The notes under the pieces were generated by a model. It did no database searches, was not told where the DNA came from, and saw nothing but the letters and a program-made list of their open reading frames with translations. From the NCBI RefSeq assembly GCF_009914755.1, contig NC_060947.1: a DNA stretch of 64,000 nucleotides, one strand, 5' to 3'. Source of the DNA: the human T2T-CHM13v2.0 reference genome, Homo sapiens. This document shows, one piece after another, positions 60,970 through 64,000 of this stretch. Each line of letters begins with the position of its first letter. Positions within the stretch are counted from its first letter, which is position 1. Made by a program: the position numbers and the translations under genes.

Positions 60970-61306
60970 CAAACAGTTCTCGACTTAAGATATTTTGACC
61001 TTATAATAGTGTAAGGTGATACTCATTTAGTAGAAACCGTATTTTGAGTACCCATACATGCATTCTGTTTTTCACTTTCAGTACAGTATTCAATCAATTA
61101 CATGAGCTAGCTTTATTATAAAATAGGTTTGTGTGAAATGATTTTGCCCAGCTCTAGGATAGTGTTAAGCCAGCACATTTAAAGTAGGGTAGGCTAAGCT
61201 ATGTTGTTTCGAAGGTTAGGTATATTAAAGGCATTTTTGACTTGTGATATTTTCAACTTATGATGGGTTTATAGGGACCTAACCACACAAGTTGAGGGGC
61301 ATTTGT
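60970..61306. mobile_element. TcMar-Tigger MITE (MER47A-like)
   Basis: CATTCTGTTTTTCACTTTCAGTACAGTATTCAAT, TAGGCTAAGCTATG, TTCAACTTATGATGGGTTTAT; TA flanks. Confidence 0.85.
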
Positions 61307-61889
61307 ATTAGAAATCATTCAGAAAGAATCAACTAAAAAACTTCCTAAACAATGGTTGCATTTTGGGGTTACTAAACATTCAAAGGTAGATTAAATCCTC
61401 TGTGAGTAAGCGAGCATTTAATACCACCTGTTATTGAGTCTTCACTGTCTCCAACCCCCCTGCCTGCTTCTCATAGGACTTATCAATTTGATGATTTGTC
61501 CCAAAAATGCATTATTGGGTAGGTGGAATTTTTGTCCCAACAATAATAGGTATGGAAATATCATGAGTTTTAGAGTCCATTTTCTTGGGTCCTAGCTTCA
61601 TCTCTCCTATTTACTGTGAGCAAGCCACATAAATTCACATTTTACTCATCTTGAATACTTGTATCATATGATTATTGGAGCAACTAACCATATACATATA
61701 ATTTTCAGTAGGATTATTAACATCATGGTATACATAAACAAAAAGTTCCCAATCCTCACTATTTCTGAAACGAGGATTTCCGTAAGTTTCCTGTATCAAT
61801 ATTCATCTCTCCAAAATAATTGCACTAAATAATTCAATTGTTACCAAAGTCTTGTGCAGGCTGCTCATCAGCATCCAGAAACATAGTTC

Positions 61890-62050
61890 ACTGTACGTCA
61901 TCTGCTCTAATGATTTAATTCTTCCTATTATCAGATAAAAACAAACAGGAAGCCAGGGGCACAGGAGCCATTTTAGATCTATGTAAAACCTTCCATGGCA
62001 CAATAGCTCTGCTCGATTACTTCTGTTAAAGCAGGCACATTGCACAATAG
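61890..62050. promoter_or_regulatory. Candidate enhancer (GATA pair, FOX:ETS, SOX motif cluster)
   Basis: CTTCCT, TTATCAGATAA, AAACAAACAGGAAG and two CACAAT in non-repeat sequence; motif evidence only. Confidence 0.35.
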
Positions 62051-62220
62051 TTATATATAAATGTGTTAGCTATATACAGATTTAGAATTCACTTACACAA
62101 TGGAAAGGTACATATATATTGTTACCTCCTTCACTGAAATAATGTTTTGCCACTTTGTCCCAGTATCATCCTTTTTTAAAAACTTCTAAGCTCATTTTAA
62201 ATATAGAATATGTTTACTGG

Positions 62221-62285
62221 GTGTGTGTATATGTATGTGTGTGTGTGTGTGCGCGCGCGCGCGTGTGTGTGTTTGTGTGTACGTG
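62221..62285. repeat. Compound (GT)n(GC)6(GT)n microsatellite
   Basis: Directly visible; (GC)6 at 62251-62262. Confidence 0.95.
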
Positions 62286-63410
62286 TTGAGGACATGAATT
62301 GGCATACAGAGTGTAATAGGATAGTAGTAACACATGAATAAATGCTCTGTTTTCCCTGTTTGATGCCAAGAAGGTAGCCAAAACCATAATCAATAAAGAA
62401 ATGAACAAGTATCCAGAGGAAAATCACCCTTCAAAAACTTTAGTTCTGAAAATCTAGATTCATATTAAGGATTGATATATTGTCCCAACTGAACAGGCTA
62501 TTGGGATATGGGAGTTAAGATTCGGGGACAGTGGAAATTTGCAATCAGTCAGATTAAAGAGAGGTTTAATGAGCTTCCTCAAACACAGGGAAAGGGATGA
62601 AGTTGTGAAGGCCAACATCCTACTCCCTTTACAGAGTTTCCAAATGTTGTGCTGAGACAACCTACTTAAATGGCTGTAGAGGCCAGATACCAAGCACAGA
62701 GCATCATCAGCAAAACCTTCCGTGTTCAAGCAAGGCAGGGCATTGTGGACAAGCTGTCCTTTATGTAGTCATGTTTACTTGGCTATTAAGCATATCAGCT
62801 ATGACCAAAATGCACTGAAAACCAGGACACTTACAGTATTCTGGACTCTACCTGGCCCTTTGGAATGGAAGTGGGAAGAAGTAGAAGAATGCAAAATGTT
62901 ACGGAGATTGAATTTCTCACCAGTCAGATTGTTGGGGTTACTAGTTGCTGCAGGAAAAGATTCATCCAATGTAGAGAAACAAGGAAATATGGCTTATTAC
63001 AAACTAGGTTATAGAATCAAAATTCATGTGCATTTCAATAGCATCATGAAATTATGGAGTTAGGAACACAATGATTACAATTAAAATGTCATGTTCTCAA
63101 GAAGACCAGGTAACATCATGGAAAAGAATAGAAGTAAATAAGAAGGAGAGATTCAGTAGAAAAAAATTCATAAATATATGCATTTTTCAATTCAGAAAAT
63201 ACATTACATAATGACAAAAATGGGAATATTTTGTGTTTACTATTTATAATGCCCTTTTATTATATGTTTTGTTACAAGTAGGCAAGAACATATAAGAAAA
63301 ATAAGACTCAGAGAATTTCAATTTTATATTCACCTTTCTTTTCAAATAAATTAAAGTATGGATATAACGTTTTCTCCTAAGGTAGAGAGTAGTGTGAAGA
63401 AGCCTGCTTT

Positions 63411-64000
63411 ATCAAAAAATAACGTGCTGGTGGGGCTGCGGAGAAAATGGAACACTTATACACTGTTGGTGGGAGTGTAAATGAGTTAAACCATTGTGGA
63501 AGTCAGTGTAGTGATTCCTCAAAGAGCTAAAAACAGAACTACCATTCAACCTAGCAATCCCATTACTGGGCATGTACCCAGAGAAATATAAATCATTCTA
63601 TTATAAAGACGCGCATACATATGTTCATTGCAGCACTATTTACAATAGCAAAGACGTGGAATCAACTCAAATGCCCGTCAATGATAGACTGGACCAAGAA
63701 AATGTGGTACATATACACCATGGAATACTATGTAGCCATAAGAAAGAATGAGATCATGTCCTTTGCAGGGACGTGGATGGAGTTGGAGGCCATTATCCTT
63801 AGCAAAATGATGCAGGAACAGAAAACCAAGTACTGCATGTTCTCACTTATAGGTGGGAGCTAAATGATGAGAACACACGGACACATAGAGGGGAACAACA
63901 CACACTGGAGCTTATCGGAAGGTGGAGGGTGGGAGGAGGGAGAGGATCAGGAAAAATAATTAATGGGTACTAGGCCTAATATCTGGGTGATGAAATAATC
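63411..64000 (+). mobile_element. L1PA13-16-like 3' end, running off the window
   Basis: MFIAALFTIAKTWNQLKCPS...MELEAIILSK is the ORF2p C-terminus, followed by the 3' UTR GGAGGGTGGGAGGAGGGAGAGGATCAGG. Confidence 0.95.

Overview
Primate (human-like) non-coding genomic DNA: AT-rich, CpG-depleted, intronic or intergenic. I recognise no protein-coding exon, RNA gene or CpG island. A large share of the window is decayed transposons: 21 Alus (15 on +, 6 on -), L1 fragments of several ages, L2/MIR, ERV1/ERVL/MaLR LTRs and hAT/Tigger DNA-transposon fossils. Subfamily names come from remembered consensus features and need RepeatMasker/Dfam confirmation. Every long ORF in the track is explained by Alu, L1 ORF2 or low-complexity sequence. 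The standout is a ~2 kb almost strictly purine-pyrimidine alternating tract (56825-58799). Its core is 17 perfect copies of a 24-bp unit built from overlapping palindromes, each carrying CACGTG, CACATG and TGCACAC motifs. Other points of interest: a compact GATA/FOX:ETS/SOX enhancer-like cluster (~61.9-62.05 kb), a repeat-poor 6 kb block with motif clusters, several templated-duplication scars, a multi-layer nested insertion in a MER34-like LTR, and a few microexon-like splice-signal pairs. I cannot establish a new biological system from sequence alone; all functional statements are hypotheses.
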